Of a DNA stretch of 64,000 nucleotides, positions 38,009-51,272 are shown one piece after another. Location of the stretch: contig NC_043011.1 in assembly GCF_006345805.1 (NCBI RefSeq), positions 7,688,001 to 7,752,000 on the forward strand, in the 5' to 3' direction. The notes beneath the pieces were generated by a model. The model was not told the DNA's origin and did not search any database. It saw nothing but the letters and a program-made list of their open reading frames with translations. The stretch comes from Octopus sinensis (lineage: Eukaryota). Position numbers and translations under genes: made by a program. Position 1 is the stretch's first letter. Each line of letters begins with the position of its first letter.

Positions 38009-39148
38009 AGGAATTATTTATTTATTTATTTATTTACACCTTTGACTATTTTTTGTTTTTTCTTGGTGTTAATTTATTGTTTATACATTCGTGCATACAT
38101 ACATACATACATACACACGCATATATAATTTAAAATGATTTATTTTTGCTTAATACAACTACTTTCATATCGTTTAACTTAAGTTATTTTTTTATTTGTA
38201 TTCGGTCGAACAAAAAATATTGTTTTAGTGAATTTTATTTCCTCTTATGAACTATTTTTGATAAAAACGAAAAAAAAACCGACCCTTAAACGATCTTGTA
38301 TTTATTTATTTCGTTTTAAATAGCTTTAGATACTATTTGTAAAAGTTACTAATATTTTTGTCCGACATTTTCCACTATTTTTACCAACGAAGACTTACAT
38401 ATTTTTTTTTTATTCTTACACCAAGCACTAAAACATCCAAACGTATTTCTTTGAAATTCTTCATACTCTTTGGATCGTTTTTCTGTTCCTTTTTACCTTG
38501 TTGTTATTGTCGTTGTATCGCCCCACTCAGTCATATTTTTATATTTATACTTTTTGAAATATTCTACTTTTTTTTTATTCTTCTTCTGTTTCTTTCCTCT
38601 CAATAACCTTTCCTTACCAACACACTCTGGGGCCAGTTTTCAAAAGGCATATCTATTTATTCAGTATATTTCTTTTCTCGTTACAATTTCCTGGGAATTT
38701 TTGCCTAAAAATTCTCTCTTCGTTTAGCATAGAATCGGTTTTGTCATTTCAAGTTTTTCCTTAGTTTATAATTTTTTTTAGAATTTCTTTTTCGGTGATC
38801 CTTTTTTTTATTTCTTATATTAATTCTTTTCTATCTCTTGGTGAATTATCTTAATCCTATTTTCGAGATTTCTGTCTTTGTGTCTTTTCATCATTTACAC
38901 TTTTATTGGGTCCTCGGGTTCTTTTTTTTTTTTTTGTTTTTTGAGAAAGGGTGGGTAGATTATTTAATTAATGGAATAATCCTTTCTGTCTTTCCTTCCC
39001 TTTATTTTTTACTGTTGGCAATTAATTGCTAAACGCTTTAAGCCTTCTCGCTTGATTCTATTGTCAACGTCATTTATACAATATAAACATTTTGGACAGT
39101 TAATTATATTTCATTGGGTTTCTTGTAATCGGCTTACTTTTGATTTAC

Positions 39149-39206
<58 letters not shown>

Positions 39207-40899
39207 ACTCAAATATGCATTCATATTATTTTAATTTTAAAATCTGTTGCGTGAATTTCTCCAGAATAAACAACACTAAAATTATTTATGATAAGAACAA
39301 AATATTTTTTTAAAAAGTTATATATCCTATAAAGCAAAAGTCTGATCGTATATTTCCATCAATGAAATCGTTTTCACTATATAGTCTCATCCCTACAGGT
39401 TCCGTAGTTAAATTTTGTCGGGTCTCAGTTGGTCTTCTGTTAGACCACAATTCGTATAAATAACTACCAATATATATTACTGGTGCTTATATAAAAACCA
39501 ACCAATAATATACCGTTTTTACGCAAAAATTAGCCTTAGATCGTGGCAGTAAGTCAATAGTGTTATCGTAGCTTAGCCCAAGGCCAGCCCTCGTCGCGCA
39601 AAATAATTTCGAAAGTTGTTCCAACCTTGAATTATCTCAAACTTTGTATATCTTAGACTACATTGTTCAATGTGCTTTTCCATTTAAACTAAATTTGACT
39701 GATGTTTCTAGCAGGTTGAACGACCGTATAGAGGCTTTTCCCCCATGACTTGCATTAATGTGTTAATACTGTGATTTTGTTGTTTTGTTTTTTAAGCTGA
39801 CCGGCTCCCAGGAATCGGTCCGAAGGTTTTTATGGTCTTTTGTGTCTTTCTCCTTCCCCAAGTCCGAATTTTCTTTTACGAATTCATATTTTGCTTTCAT
39901 TTTATCAAAGAAATTTAACATTTTATATTAGTTCGATTCCTGATGTGGGACGAAGTCCGTTTTAAATTAATTTATTTAATCACCTTGTACTAATAAGTAC
40001 TAGTTTAAAATTTCAAAAATAAAATTGAAAATAAAATCCGTTTTAATATCGAAGTTCATTTAAATTAATAATTTCACATTTGAAATTATAAATTATAGTT
40101 ATGGTATTAATTGCGATATTGTTTTATTGTATGGTTAAATAATTCTGTTTTTATAACACGATATATGAGTGAGTGAAAGTGTGGGTGTTGAAGAAGTGAA
40201 CGGAACAGTTAGGAGCGGAATTAAGTACTTTAAGGTCGCTTTTGGCTATAACATTTTAAATCGTATGAAGTGCAATTTTTGCCCTTTTTAACCTCCTGCT
40301 ACCTTTTTTAATCCCCTTTCAAAGATAGATACTAGTTATCTCTTTAACTAACTTTTGATCATTCGGCTATGACCATTTTGGTATCGGTTGAAATAAAAAC
40401 TATTCAAACTGCAAGTGTAGAATTTGACCTAGTGTCTAGAAATCTTTAAAAAAAAAATTCAATGTATTTACTCGTTGTTGTTTAACCCCTGGTCAGTCCC
40501 AACTGTACAGGCAGGCCTATGTATGATCTTAGGCATTATACATAGCATAGTAGGGTGTGAATTGAGGCAGATTTGGTTGCTATTTATAACGGGTCGAGCG
40601 ACAGCTTCGAGAAGCTCCGTGAGTGTTTAGTTTGGCTGTAGGATACACAGGAGACAATACAGCGTTGGACTAATTACTCTACCACGTTTCTTTTTTTTTT
40701 TTAGTTAAGTGTTTTAGTTTCAAATCCTATCTAGAACATGTTTTATATATCATCATTTTTTGCTCTTGTAAGAATTCGTGGAACTTCGTTGAAATAAGAA
40801 ATAATGAAACGTTTTTGTCGATTGTATTTCTTCTGGACCTCCTCTCCCACTACAAAATTTGGCCTTTTGCCGAGTCACAAGAAATCAATAATTCCTGTG

Positions 40900-43450
40900 C
40901 TTAGTATTCTGCTAGTGCTTAGTGGCCTAATTGCATTGTATCTTTGTGCTTATTGTTTCTTCTTTTCGTGTTCTAATTAAGTTTTACTATTTTAATTGTT
41001 TCATTAAATTAAATTTGTGTTTAATGCTTTCATCGTTCTGTTTTTATTTCTCCCAAACATTTAACTGCGTCTACCGTTTACTTAAAGCTCTGATTGAATT
41101 TTATAAATCTTTGGCTATCGTTGTTCTGATTCTGTTTTAGTGTTCTGCTTGTGCTTAGTGTTTCCCCTGCGTGTGCCTATTGACTGCTTAAATCTTTGCA
41201 TAGAGTCGGTCCACTTAAATTGTGCTTAAATTTCTGTGGTCGTTTTCTATTTGCGTGTTTATTGCTCCTTGTATTTTAAGTGATCTGATTGAGTTCTGTT
41301 GTCTTATCGAAACTTAACTAAATTTAGTATTGTCGTGAATTCTAACCACTTAAACCTCTGTGTACTCTCCTTTAGTTGTACTTAAATCTCTGTGTCTAGT
41401 GTTAAGGTTACCTTACGTATTTGCGTCTATTGACTCTTTTTTTAATGTTCTTTACGATTTTATTTCCACGATTTTACAGTGTGTAGTACTCAAACGTGTA
41501 CACACTGCTTAAATCTTTGACTATCGTTGTTCTGAGTGTATTTTAGTGCCGTAGTCGTGCTTAGTGGTCTCACTGCGTGTGCCGACTGACTGCTTAAATC
41601 TCTGCCTATAGTCAGTCAGTCCACTTCAGTTGCACTCAGATGTCTGTAGTTGTAATTGTATCTTCGTGTTTATTGCTCCTTGTGTTTTACTGCTCCAACT
41701 GCGTTGGACTATTTTCGTTTTCGGGACTTAAGTACTGTTAATATTTTCATTGCGTTATGTTTGTACTTAAATCTTTGCACATAGTCCTTTATTTGTACTT
41801 AAATTTTTACACATGGTCCTCTGAACTAAAACTTTTCCATATTAGTTCTTTATTTGTTGTTTGATAGATGTCTGAGCTTACAATTGCATCTATGTGTTCA
41901 TCGCCCTCTACTTTAGTGTTCCAATTTGTACTTTACCATTTAGGTAAAACACAATTACGCTGTATTTAATATTCTAATGTTGTCCAACGATTCTTAAATA
42001 TCTATACATCGTCCTTTGTGCTTAAATTTCCGCCTTTAATGCTTCGGCTGTGATGTTTTTTTTCTGTGTTTTATTGCATTGTATTTTAGTATTGTACTTT
42101 TTGTTTTTTATCGATTTTGTTTCCGGAACTTTACCGTATTGGTGTTCTGACTACTTAAATCTCTGTATAGGGCCTTCCGAATGTACTGAAATCTCTGCAT
42201 TTCGAGTTGTAGGTTGTGTGTTATGTATTTGTATTTTAATAGTCTAGAAGTGTTTTGCCATTCTGCTTTCGGGACTTAACTGTGTTTAGTATCCCAGTGT
42301 GTACTGATTGTGTGTAAAGCTCTGGCTATCGTTGCTCCGATCGTGTTAGTGTTCTAGTTGTGCTTAGTGTTCTCCCTGCCCCTGCCTGCTGACTGCTTGA
42401 ATCTCTGCGTATAGTCGGTCCACTTAAATTGTACTTAAATTTCTGTAGTTGTTTTCTATCTTTGTTTATTCCTATTTGTATTTTACCAATCTAATTGTGT
42501 TTCATCGTTTCAATTTGCAGGACTTGATTGTGTTTAATAGACTAATTGCGCTACGATTGTATTTGGGTCTTTGCATGTAGCCTTCTGATCGTACTAAAAT
42601 TTCCGTATACAGAACTCTGATTGTACTTAATACCGCCTGTAATGTTCTGATGGTTTGCCATATTTGTATTCTAGTGTTATAATTTGTTTTACCGTTTTTG
42701 TTTTCAGGAATTAACTGTTTCATATTCGAATACGTTCTAGCCCTAAATCTCAGTTTACTGCTTTTCGATTGTACTTAAATCTCTGTGTTTAGTGTTCGGG
42801 TTGGCATATGGGTTCGTGTTTATTGTTCGGTATTTAACGATTTTATTTCCCCGGCCTAATCGTGTGTAATATCCTAACGCGTACACACTGCTTAATTCTT
42901 TGACTATCGTTGTTCTGGGTGTATTTTAGTGCCGCTTAGTGTTCTCACTGCGTGTGTCGACTGACTGCTTAGATCTCTGCCTATAGTCAGTCCACTTCAA
43001 TTATGCTTAAATATCTCTAGCTGTATTGTATCTTTGTGTTTATTGCTCCTTGTGTTTAAGCCTTCTGTCTTTTACTATTTTTGTTCACGCGACTTTACTA
43101 TGTGTTCTGGCTGTGTGTAAATCTATGCATATCGTTCTCTGGTTGTGCTCAAATCTTTACCCTTTAAAGTTCGGGTTATTTCCCATCTTCACACTTATTC
43201 CTCTCTATATTAGGGTTCTAGTTTTGAGTTTTATTATTGTGTTTTCTACACTTAATTGTGTTGGTATTCTAATTAAGTTACGACTGTACTTAAATCTCTA
43301 TATATCGTTTTCTGGCTTAGCTTAATTTTTTTTGTGTTTAGTTTTAGGGTTCTGTAATATCCTGTTTACTGCTCTGCGTTTTATAATTTAATTTTCAAAA
43401 CTTCAGTTTAATTTTCCGATCGTACTTAAATCTCTGCGTCAATTTCTGAT
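40900..43450. repeat. Ancient higher-order tandem repeat built on an 'acttaaatctctg' subunit
   Basis: About 180-nt blocks recur at 41105, 41511, 42316 and 42894 in a-b-a-b order. Confidence 0.75.
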
Positions 43451-44428
43451 TGTTTTTAAACATTTATGTTTAAATGTCCTGATAGTTTTAATGCTAAAGT
43501 TGTGTTTGTAATTCTAAATTTAAGAATCCGTGTTCAGTGGTCTGACAGTGCTGGAATCACCAGGTTTCATCGTTTATGTTTATGTGCCCTGGTGACATTT
43601 GGTGTTTTGTTTGTGGCCATGTTTGATGATTGCCTTACAAACGAAGATACAGAAACAATTATTTCTCGTGGAGAGACAGAAATAACCCACAACGTTTAAG
43701 TGGAATTATTTTGAAAGAGTGTCAGGACAAACAACAAATATGTTGAGAAATATTTGTAATTTCAACAGTTTAGTTTTATATTTCATACATCTGGATACGT
43801 GTATTTAGACGACTATACTTATAAATACATAAACATACGTATGCATATATACTGCACACACATATATACACACACACACGTTTGTGTGTGTGTTGTGTGT
43901 GCATGTGTGTATGATAGGCGATTAGCCTGTGTAAATACGGATATGTGTACATGCACATACAAGTGCAATATAATACTTTAAAAATTACAGACCTGGTGTA
44001 TGTTAGTGAAGGGACCAATGGTGGGATACGAACCTTGGATCCTACATCTTCATGAAGTGCTGGTATCTTGAGAGATAATCAGTTATCGAATGCCAAGTTC
44101 GATCCCATTCTTGGAACAGACATTTAACTCTGCATTATTCAATACAGATTTTGATGTTTACTCTGAAGTCAACCTCGACATAACACGCACATGTTCATAG
44201 ATATCCACCCTTGCCCATCACGTCAATGCTTTGGCATCTAAACCAACCACATCCTGCCTAGATATACTATCTGTTTCATGCTGTAACCGGCCAGATCTAG
44301 CTTTTCACACACACCCTACAATGTCATTCTAAAGATAAATATTCACATCATTAAAATCTTGAAGGTGTGCGATCACGGACGCTTAATTCAAAATAATTGA
44401 GAATAAATAAGCACTAATGAGGTCTAAT

Positions 44429-44700
44429 TATGAGGTCAGAAGTATTAGGATTAGTGCTATAAAAAGAAAACCCACAAGACTTACCAATTCGACATTTAAT
44501 CTCTTTCGAATTAGTCCCCTTCTCAAGCGACACACTTTATCCAGCATCGTTTCCATTGATGGAAGCATTCGTGGAACCTTCTTTCAGGGATAGCGGACAG
44601 CTACCTCGTCGCATTCTCTTTGATTTCTTCGACGACATTGAAATCTTGTTCCTTTCAAGTGGAATTTGATTTTGGGAAAGATTCGTGGCCATAAAAAATC
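44429..44700 (-). mobile_element. mariner transposase C-terminal relic with 3' TIR
   Basis: Reverse complement: FPKIKFHLKGTRFQ/(frameshift) VEEIKENATR*LSAIPERRFHECFHQWKRCWIKCVA*EGD*FE; terminus TATGAGGTCAG at 44429. Confidence 0.8.
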
Positions 44701-45114
44701 CTTCAAGCCGTGTTTCTTTACACATACACACACACACATACACACACACACACATACACACACACACATTTTTCTCTGCGATGGTCACTGATGGATTCTC
44801 TGTCGTGTGGTGAGACGACCACACTCTACACGCTTTATTTCCAAGCACTGCTATAAATAACGACGGTGTGTGAGAAGGTTGCAACTTAACAGGCATGCAT
44901 GACAGAGTTCAAGGTCAGTCTGTGATAAGCGGCTTCGCTCCGCATAATCTAGTTCCGTTACCATAACAACAGTGTCAATACTTTTTATCAAACATCGTAA
45001 TCTCGATGCTAAACAGTTAAGACAGTAGTGTTGACATAGACTTGGCAGTTATTTCTATCAAGTTTAACTATCGTGTAGTTTCACCATCGCTGGCTGCTCC
45101 TTATTATTCAGGTG

Positions 45115-45240
45115 TAAACCTTTCATCCTTTCAGGGTCGATAAATTAAGTACCAGTGAAACACTGGGGCTGATGTAATCGACTTTTCCCCAGCCCCAAAA
45201 TTGTTGACCTTGTGGTAAAATTTGAAACCGTTATTCTTAA
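45115..45240 (+). mobile_element. SINE family A core fragment
   Basis: cctttcatcctttcagggtcgataaattaagtaccag. Confidence 0.8.
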
Positions 45241-45439
45241 GCAAGTCGTCAGAATCTCGTCTGCAATATTCTGTGGATGTGGCCTGAGACCAACATTAGC
45301 CTTCATTTGGCATCGATATAAATAAAAAATACCAGTTATATCCTGCGGTCCATCCTCTGTTTTCTTCCCCTTCGTTTTCGCCTTTTCCTTTTCTTTCGCT
45401 TCTTTAGTTCTCTCTCTCAAAATCCCGTCCCTCTCAGTC

Positions 45440-46291
45440 ATCTACATGTCTCTCTCTCTCTTTCTCTCTCTTTTTTTTCTCTCTCTCTCTTTCACTTTCT
45501 CCCTCTCTCACTCCTGTCTCTCTCACACGCTTGCTCCTGTCTCTCCCTCCCTCTCATCTCTCTCTAATTCCAGTCTTTTCCTCTCTCTCTCTCTCTCTCT
45601 CACTCCTGTCTCTCTCTCACTCGCTCCTGTTTCCATCTGTCTCACTCTCTCTCTCATTCGATTCTGTCTCCCTCTCTCTCTCACTTCTCTCTCCTTTTCT
45701 CTTTCTGTCTCTCGCTTTCTCTCTCTCCCGTCTCTCTCTCGTTCCCGTCTCAACCTCTCTCTCCTGTCTCATCCTCTCTCCTCTCTTTCCCTCCCATCTC
45801 TCCATCCCATCTCCCCCCTCCCATCTCTCTCGTCTCTCCCTCTCCTCTCCCGTCTCCCGACATCTCTCCATCCCATCACCCCTGTCTCTTCTCCCTTGTC
45901 TCTCCTCCCCTGTCTCTCCTCCCTTGTCTCTCCTCCTCTCTCTCCTCCTCTCTCTCTTCTCTCTCTCCTCCTCTTTCTCCTCCCGCTTCTCCTTCCCTCA
46001 CTCTTCTCCTTTCTCTCTTCCCCTCCCGTTTCTTCTCTTCCGCTTCCGTCTTCCCTCTTATTCTTCCGTCTCTCTCTCTTCTTCCCATTTTCCCTCTCTC
46101 TCCCTCTCCTGTTTCTCTCACCCCTTCCCCTCCCTCACCTCACCCATCTCTATCTCTCTCCCTTCCATCTCCTTTTCCGTCTCCCCTCTCTCTCTCCCGT
46201 CTTTCCCGTCTCACACTCTCACACCTCCGTCTCTCGCCCATTCCCTCTACCTCCCTCCCGTGTCCCTCTGTTCCGCTTTTTCTCTATCTCC

Positions 46292-46336
<45 letters not shown>

Positions 46337-48620
46337 GTCTCTCTATCCTGTGTTTCTCTCTCTCACTTTTTCTGACACTCCATCTCTGTCACCCGACCTG
46401 GGACTCTCTCACACTTTCCCCTGTCTCTCTCTCCCTTCCCCCTCTCTCTTACTACTGACACACACACACACTCTCTCTACTCTAACTCTCTCACTGATTC
46501 TGTCTCTCTCCCCCTAACTCTCTCTCCCCTCTTGATTCTCTCTTTCTCCCTTGATAACCTCTCTCTTTCCCTGTCTCCTCTCAACTCTGTGACCCTCAGT
46601 CCATTCCGTCTCCCTCTCCCGTCTCTCTCCCCCTTCCGTCTCTCTCTACGCTCCTGTCTCTCTTTTCCGTCTCTCTCCGCTCCCATCTTTCTCGCTCCCC
46701 TCTCGTCTTTTTCTCTTCCCTCCCGTGTCTCCCCGTCTTCCCTTCTCTCTATCTCTTCCTCCCGTCCTCCGTTCCCATCTTGTCTCACCCTTCTCTCTCC
46801 CGTCTCTCCCCTCTCGTCCACTCCTCTCCCCTCTCACTACCGTCTTTTCGTCTCTCCCCTTCCATGTCTCTCAACTCAGTCTCTCCCTCTCTCTCTCTTG
46901 TACACCCCTCTCCGTCTCTCTCACTCCATCAGTGCATCTGTCTCTCCCCTGTGACCTCTCTCCCCTCTCTCTTTATCATGTCTCTCTCTTTTCTCCATCT
47001 CTCTCTCTTTCTCCTTTCACTATCTCTCTCTTACGTTCACCTCGCTCTTTTTTCTCCTTCTCTTCTTTCTTCCTCTCTCCTCTCGCTTTCTTCCGAGTCT
47101 TTCTCACTCATTCGTCTCTCCATATCCCTCTTGCATCTCTCAATTTCTCTCTCATGCGTATCTCCATCTCTTTATCTCTCTATTCCCGCGTCTCTCTCCC
47201 TCATGCGTCTCCAGCTCTCTCTCATACGTCTCTCTAGATCTTTCTCTCATGTATCTCTCTCTTTTTCTTCTGCGTCTTCTCTCGTTGTCTTTTTCCTGCG
47301 TCTTTCTTTCTCTCCCAGTGTATTTCTCTATCTTTCTCTCCGGCGTCTTTCTCTATCTCCCTCTCCTGTATCTCTCTCTCTCCATTAATCCTGCCTCTCT
47401 TTCTCCTTCCTGCATCTTTCTCCTGCGTCTTTCTCCCTCTCTCCTTCTCCCGCGTCTTTCTCTCTCCTGCGTTTTCCTCTCCCCTGCGTCTTTCTCTCTC
47501 TTTCTCTCCTGCGTCTTTCTCTTTCCCACGTCTTTCTCCCTCTCTCTTCCTGCTGAGTCTTTCTCCTTCTCTTGCACGCGTCTAACGCTGCCCCTCTCTC
47601 TCTCTCTCTCTCTAACGCATCTTTCTCTCTATATATATATCTAACTCATCTCTCTCATGTCTCCCTCTCTCTCTAACTCTCTCTCTCTCTCTTTCTAATC
47701 ATCACTCTCTCTTTAACCTATCTCTCTCTTCAACCCACCTCTCTGTCTCTCTTCCTTTCTCTCTGTCTCTCTGTGTCTCTCTTCCATCTCCCTCTCTCTC
47801 TCTCTCACGTCTCTTCCTCTCTTGCGTTTCTCTCTCTCTCTCTCTTGCGTTTTTCTCTTATGTCTCTCTTATATCTCTCTCGCTCTCTCTCTCTCTTCCC
47901 TCTCTCTTATCACTCTCTCATATCACTTGCTCCTTCTCTCTCTCTTATCACTCTATCAGTCTCTCTCTCTAATTTCTTTCTCTCTTTCTCTCTCTCTCAT
48001 CACTCTATCACTCTCTCTCTCTTATTTCTTTCTCTCTCTCATATCACTTGCTCATCTCTCTCTTATTTCTTTCTCTCTTTCTCTCTCTTATCACCCTCTC
48101 CATCTCTTATTGTTTCCCTACTCTTATCTCTCTCCCGTCTCTCTCTTATATGTCTCTGTCATTTCTCTCTGTTTTGTATCATCTTATCTCTTTCTTTTAT
48201 ATTTGTCAATCTATTTCTCTCTCTCTCTTATCTATCTGTTTCTCCCTCTTTTTTATCTCTCTCTCTCTCTCTCTTTATCGCTCCCCTCTCTTATCTCTCT
48301 CCTATCTCCTTTTCACTCTCATAATTTCCTCTTTCTATTCTTCTGCCCCTCTCTTTTTCTCCTCACCTCCCCCCTCTCTCTCTCAGACACCTCACAGCTA
48401 AGCTAATACTTTGCGATCCCCTACTACTTGACCAGACGGTCGATAAGTCATATCACCCTCCCTCCCGCTCTCCCTTTCTTTCTCCCCTTCTCTTCTTTCT
48501 TTCCCATTTTCTCTCCTCTCTTTCTTTTCCCTCTACTCTCTTCCTTCCTCTCCTTGTCCCCGTTCTCCCATTCTCCCATTCTCCTCCCTTCCAATGATAT
48601 TAACTCTCCATTTAAACCTA
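45440..48620. repeat. About 3.2-kb polypyrimidine (CT-rich) low-complexity tract
   Basis: Directly visible. Confidence 0.95.
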
Positions 48621-49355
48621 CTCTCCCGTTATAAACCAGATGCAGTAAATACAGCAGACTATTTGACACGTGTATTGGATTAACGTCCAAAGATCATCTC
48701 CAGGCTTCTCTTATGACCAGATCAGAATTTTAAAAACCTTTCATCGCAAGAGATGATCCACAGGATCGTTCTCATATCCGGTTACTTCCCCGTGACATTG
48801 ACCAGAAACAAAACTGAACCCCAGTCTACCACTTCCACCCTACGGACAGGAGACTGACCAGTCGCAGTAAGGTTTCGTCTCCACGGGAGGACTTGGCTTA
48901 GGTGTTAGCGTATTGGATACGACGCTTCTGGTTTAGGGGTTCGAATCTCGCAAAGGTTATCTTTGCATTTTATCCTTTTGGGAAATTTGGTAAACTGGAA
49001 AACTGGTTCTGGGTTTACCTGGACTAAACAACTACAAAAGGAAAGTTACATGTGATAATCTAGGTATTTTCCTATCTAGGAGCTAAGATATATATTGCTA
49101 TTGTGTTTTAGACCTTAGTTAACCCTTGATCAAAGTCAATGAAAAAGTACCAATGCAAGGTGATGGATTCGAGGAACTGTAAAACGTTTGGCTGGTTACC
49201 TTGTGAAATCTGTTCCGGGTTCTGCGGACATGGGATTAGAGTATCGCAAAAAGATCAATGAATCGCAAGCCGGATTCTACAAGCCGAACCAACCGCTAGG
49301 AGACCCAATGGTAGACCAAGAACAAAATAGCTGGATAATATTCATAGTCAGAGTT

Positions 49356-49600
49356 GTGGAAGCGCACGGCTTAGTGGTTAGGGCGATGGACTCCTGATCA
49401 TAAGACTGTGGTTTCGAGTCCTGGACCGGGCAAAACACTTCATTTCACGTTGCTCCAGTCCACTCAATTGGCAAACATGAGTAATCCTGCATTGGACCAG
49501 CGTCCCGTCCAGCTGGAGCAATTCATACCCCTTAGAAACCGGGAAACCAGCCCTTATGAGTCTGTATGACTCAAGCCCTTATGAGTCCGTATGACTTAAG
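49356..49600 (+). mobile_element. SINE family D (tRNA head; gactggcgtcccgtccag-like central motif)
   Basis: gtggaagcgcacggcttagtggttaggg...gtttcgagtcc; homologous to 57307-57560; 25-nt tandem duplication at the 3' end. Confidence 0.75.
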
Positions 49601-49700
49601 CGTGGAGCTTAGGTGTTTCGCTCATAAACACACACATCGCGATCCCGCGATCCCTTGACCGCGAGTCTGCTGCTCTAACCACTAGGCCATGTGCCTCTAC
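49601..49700 (-). mobile_element. SINE family C 5' fragment
   Basis: Matches 18370-18480. Confidence 0.75.
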
Positions 49701-49755
49701 GTTTACAAAATGACTATTTGTAAATCTCACAAGAGATATTCAGCAATAGTACTTT

Positions 49756-49900
49756 GGAGTAAAGACTATTTGCTAACATAACATGGCAATCCTGGTTTAG
49801 GACGAATGTTGCTGTAATTTAGTCTCTTGGGGCTAAAAATACAGCAACATTCGTCCTAAACCAGGACTGCCATGTTATGTTGGCAAATAATCTTTACTCC
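49756..49900. mobile_element. Internally deleted copy of the fold-back MITE at 3908-4162
   Basis: ggagtaaaga...gctgtaatttag / aatacagcaac...tctttactcc TIRs. Confidence 0.85.
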
Positions 49901-50712
49901 ATAGTAATGTTTGTATGAAACCCAAAGTCTCTCGACACGATTTAAGAAACAGCTAAATCCCTCTAAATCGAATTTTATCGACTTCAGAAAATTGAATAAT
50001 GTGGTTTGAAATAGAATGCCTGAAAAGACAGGATAGTCACAGCTGGAATACTTTGGATCATTTGGTAAACAGGTTCCGGGTTTACCTGGGATTAAACAAC
50101 TACAAAAGGAAGGTTACCTGAGATAAGTTAGGTATTGCAAATATCTGGGAGGTAAGATATGTATTACTATTACTTTTTAAACCTTAGTTAACCCTTGATT
50201 AAAGACATTCCAACAGTGATCACCACGTCTTTTTGAATATATCTAGGTCAATAATGTCCGATGTGCTCTTTCTTTTCTTTAAGAATGTAGAGTGTGATTC
50301 GAGGACATTTGGCTATTTCGAAAAGCTCGGTCGACATACGATCAAAGGCTTTTTTGCGTACCTAGGAATATAGTCTTCTCAAAATCCCTTTTTCTGTACG
50401 TCGGTAGGTTTTGAGGCTGATTTGGTTGCTGTTTCAGGAAACTCGGTAATGGTTTGGTCAAAGTTGTTCCATCAGTGACCATCCCACATATTTGTATATA
50501 TATCTTCGACTACAATATCCAGTGAATCCTTTCTTTTCTTTAGCAAAATTTGAGTTTGATGCGACAACAATTTGTCTTCTATTTCTACAAACTCTGTTGA
50601 TATTTTGTGAAAGACATTTCATCAGTTTGAGGACGATTTGGTTAGACTCGACGGCATCGATTACTGTCACTGCTCTTCGATTGTTCTCAAATCAGAAGCC
50701 ATTTACTAAGAT

Positions 50713-50757
<45 letters not shown>

Positions 50758-50951
50758 TATATTATAATTTATATTATATTATATATATATATATATATAT
50801 TATATGATTATATTATATATTATATATATATATATTATATTATATTATATATATATATATTATATTATATTATATTATATTAATTATATATATATATTAA
50901 TTATATTATATTATATTATATTATATTATATTATATTATATTATATTATAT

Positions 50952-51051
50952 NNNNNNNNNNNNNNNNNNNNNNNNNNNNNNNNNNNNNNNNNNNNNNNNN
51001 NNNNNNNNNNNNNNNNNNNNNNNNNNNNNNNNNNNNNNNNNNNNNNNNNNN
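50952..51051. other. Assembly gap (100 N) next to an AT microsatellite
   Basis: Run of 100 N. Confidence 1.
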
Positions 51052-51160
51052 TTTCACTGGCGTATTTATTTTCATTGTACACATTCTTCCATTGTTTTGT
51101 TTCATGGTTGCACACTTTTTCAGCCATGTGCTTCAGTTGTTATTTGTTCATCTCCTTGTC

Positions 51161-51272
<112 letters not shown>

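Noticed and set aside
45446-48406. Ser/Leu-rich ORFs
   Set aside because: Polypyrimidine tract.
50952-51051. ORFs spanning the N run
   Set aside because: Assembly gap; contiguity across it is not assured.
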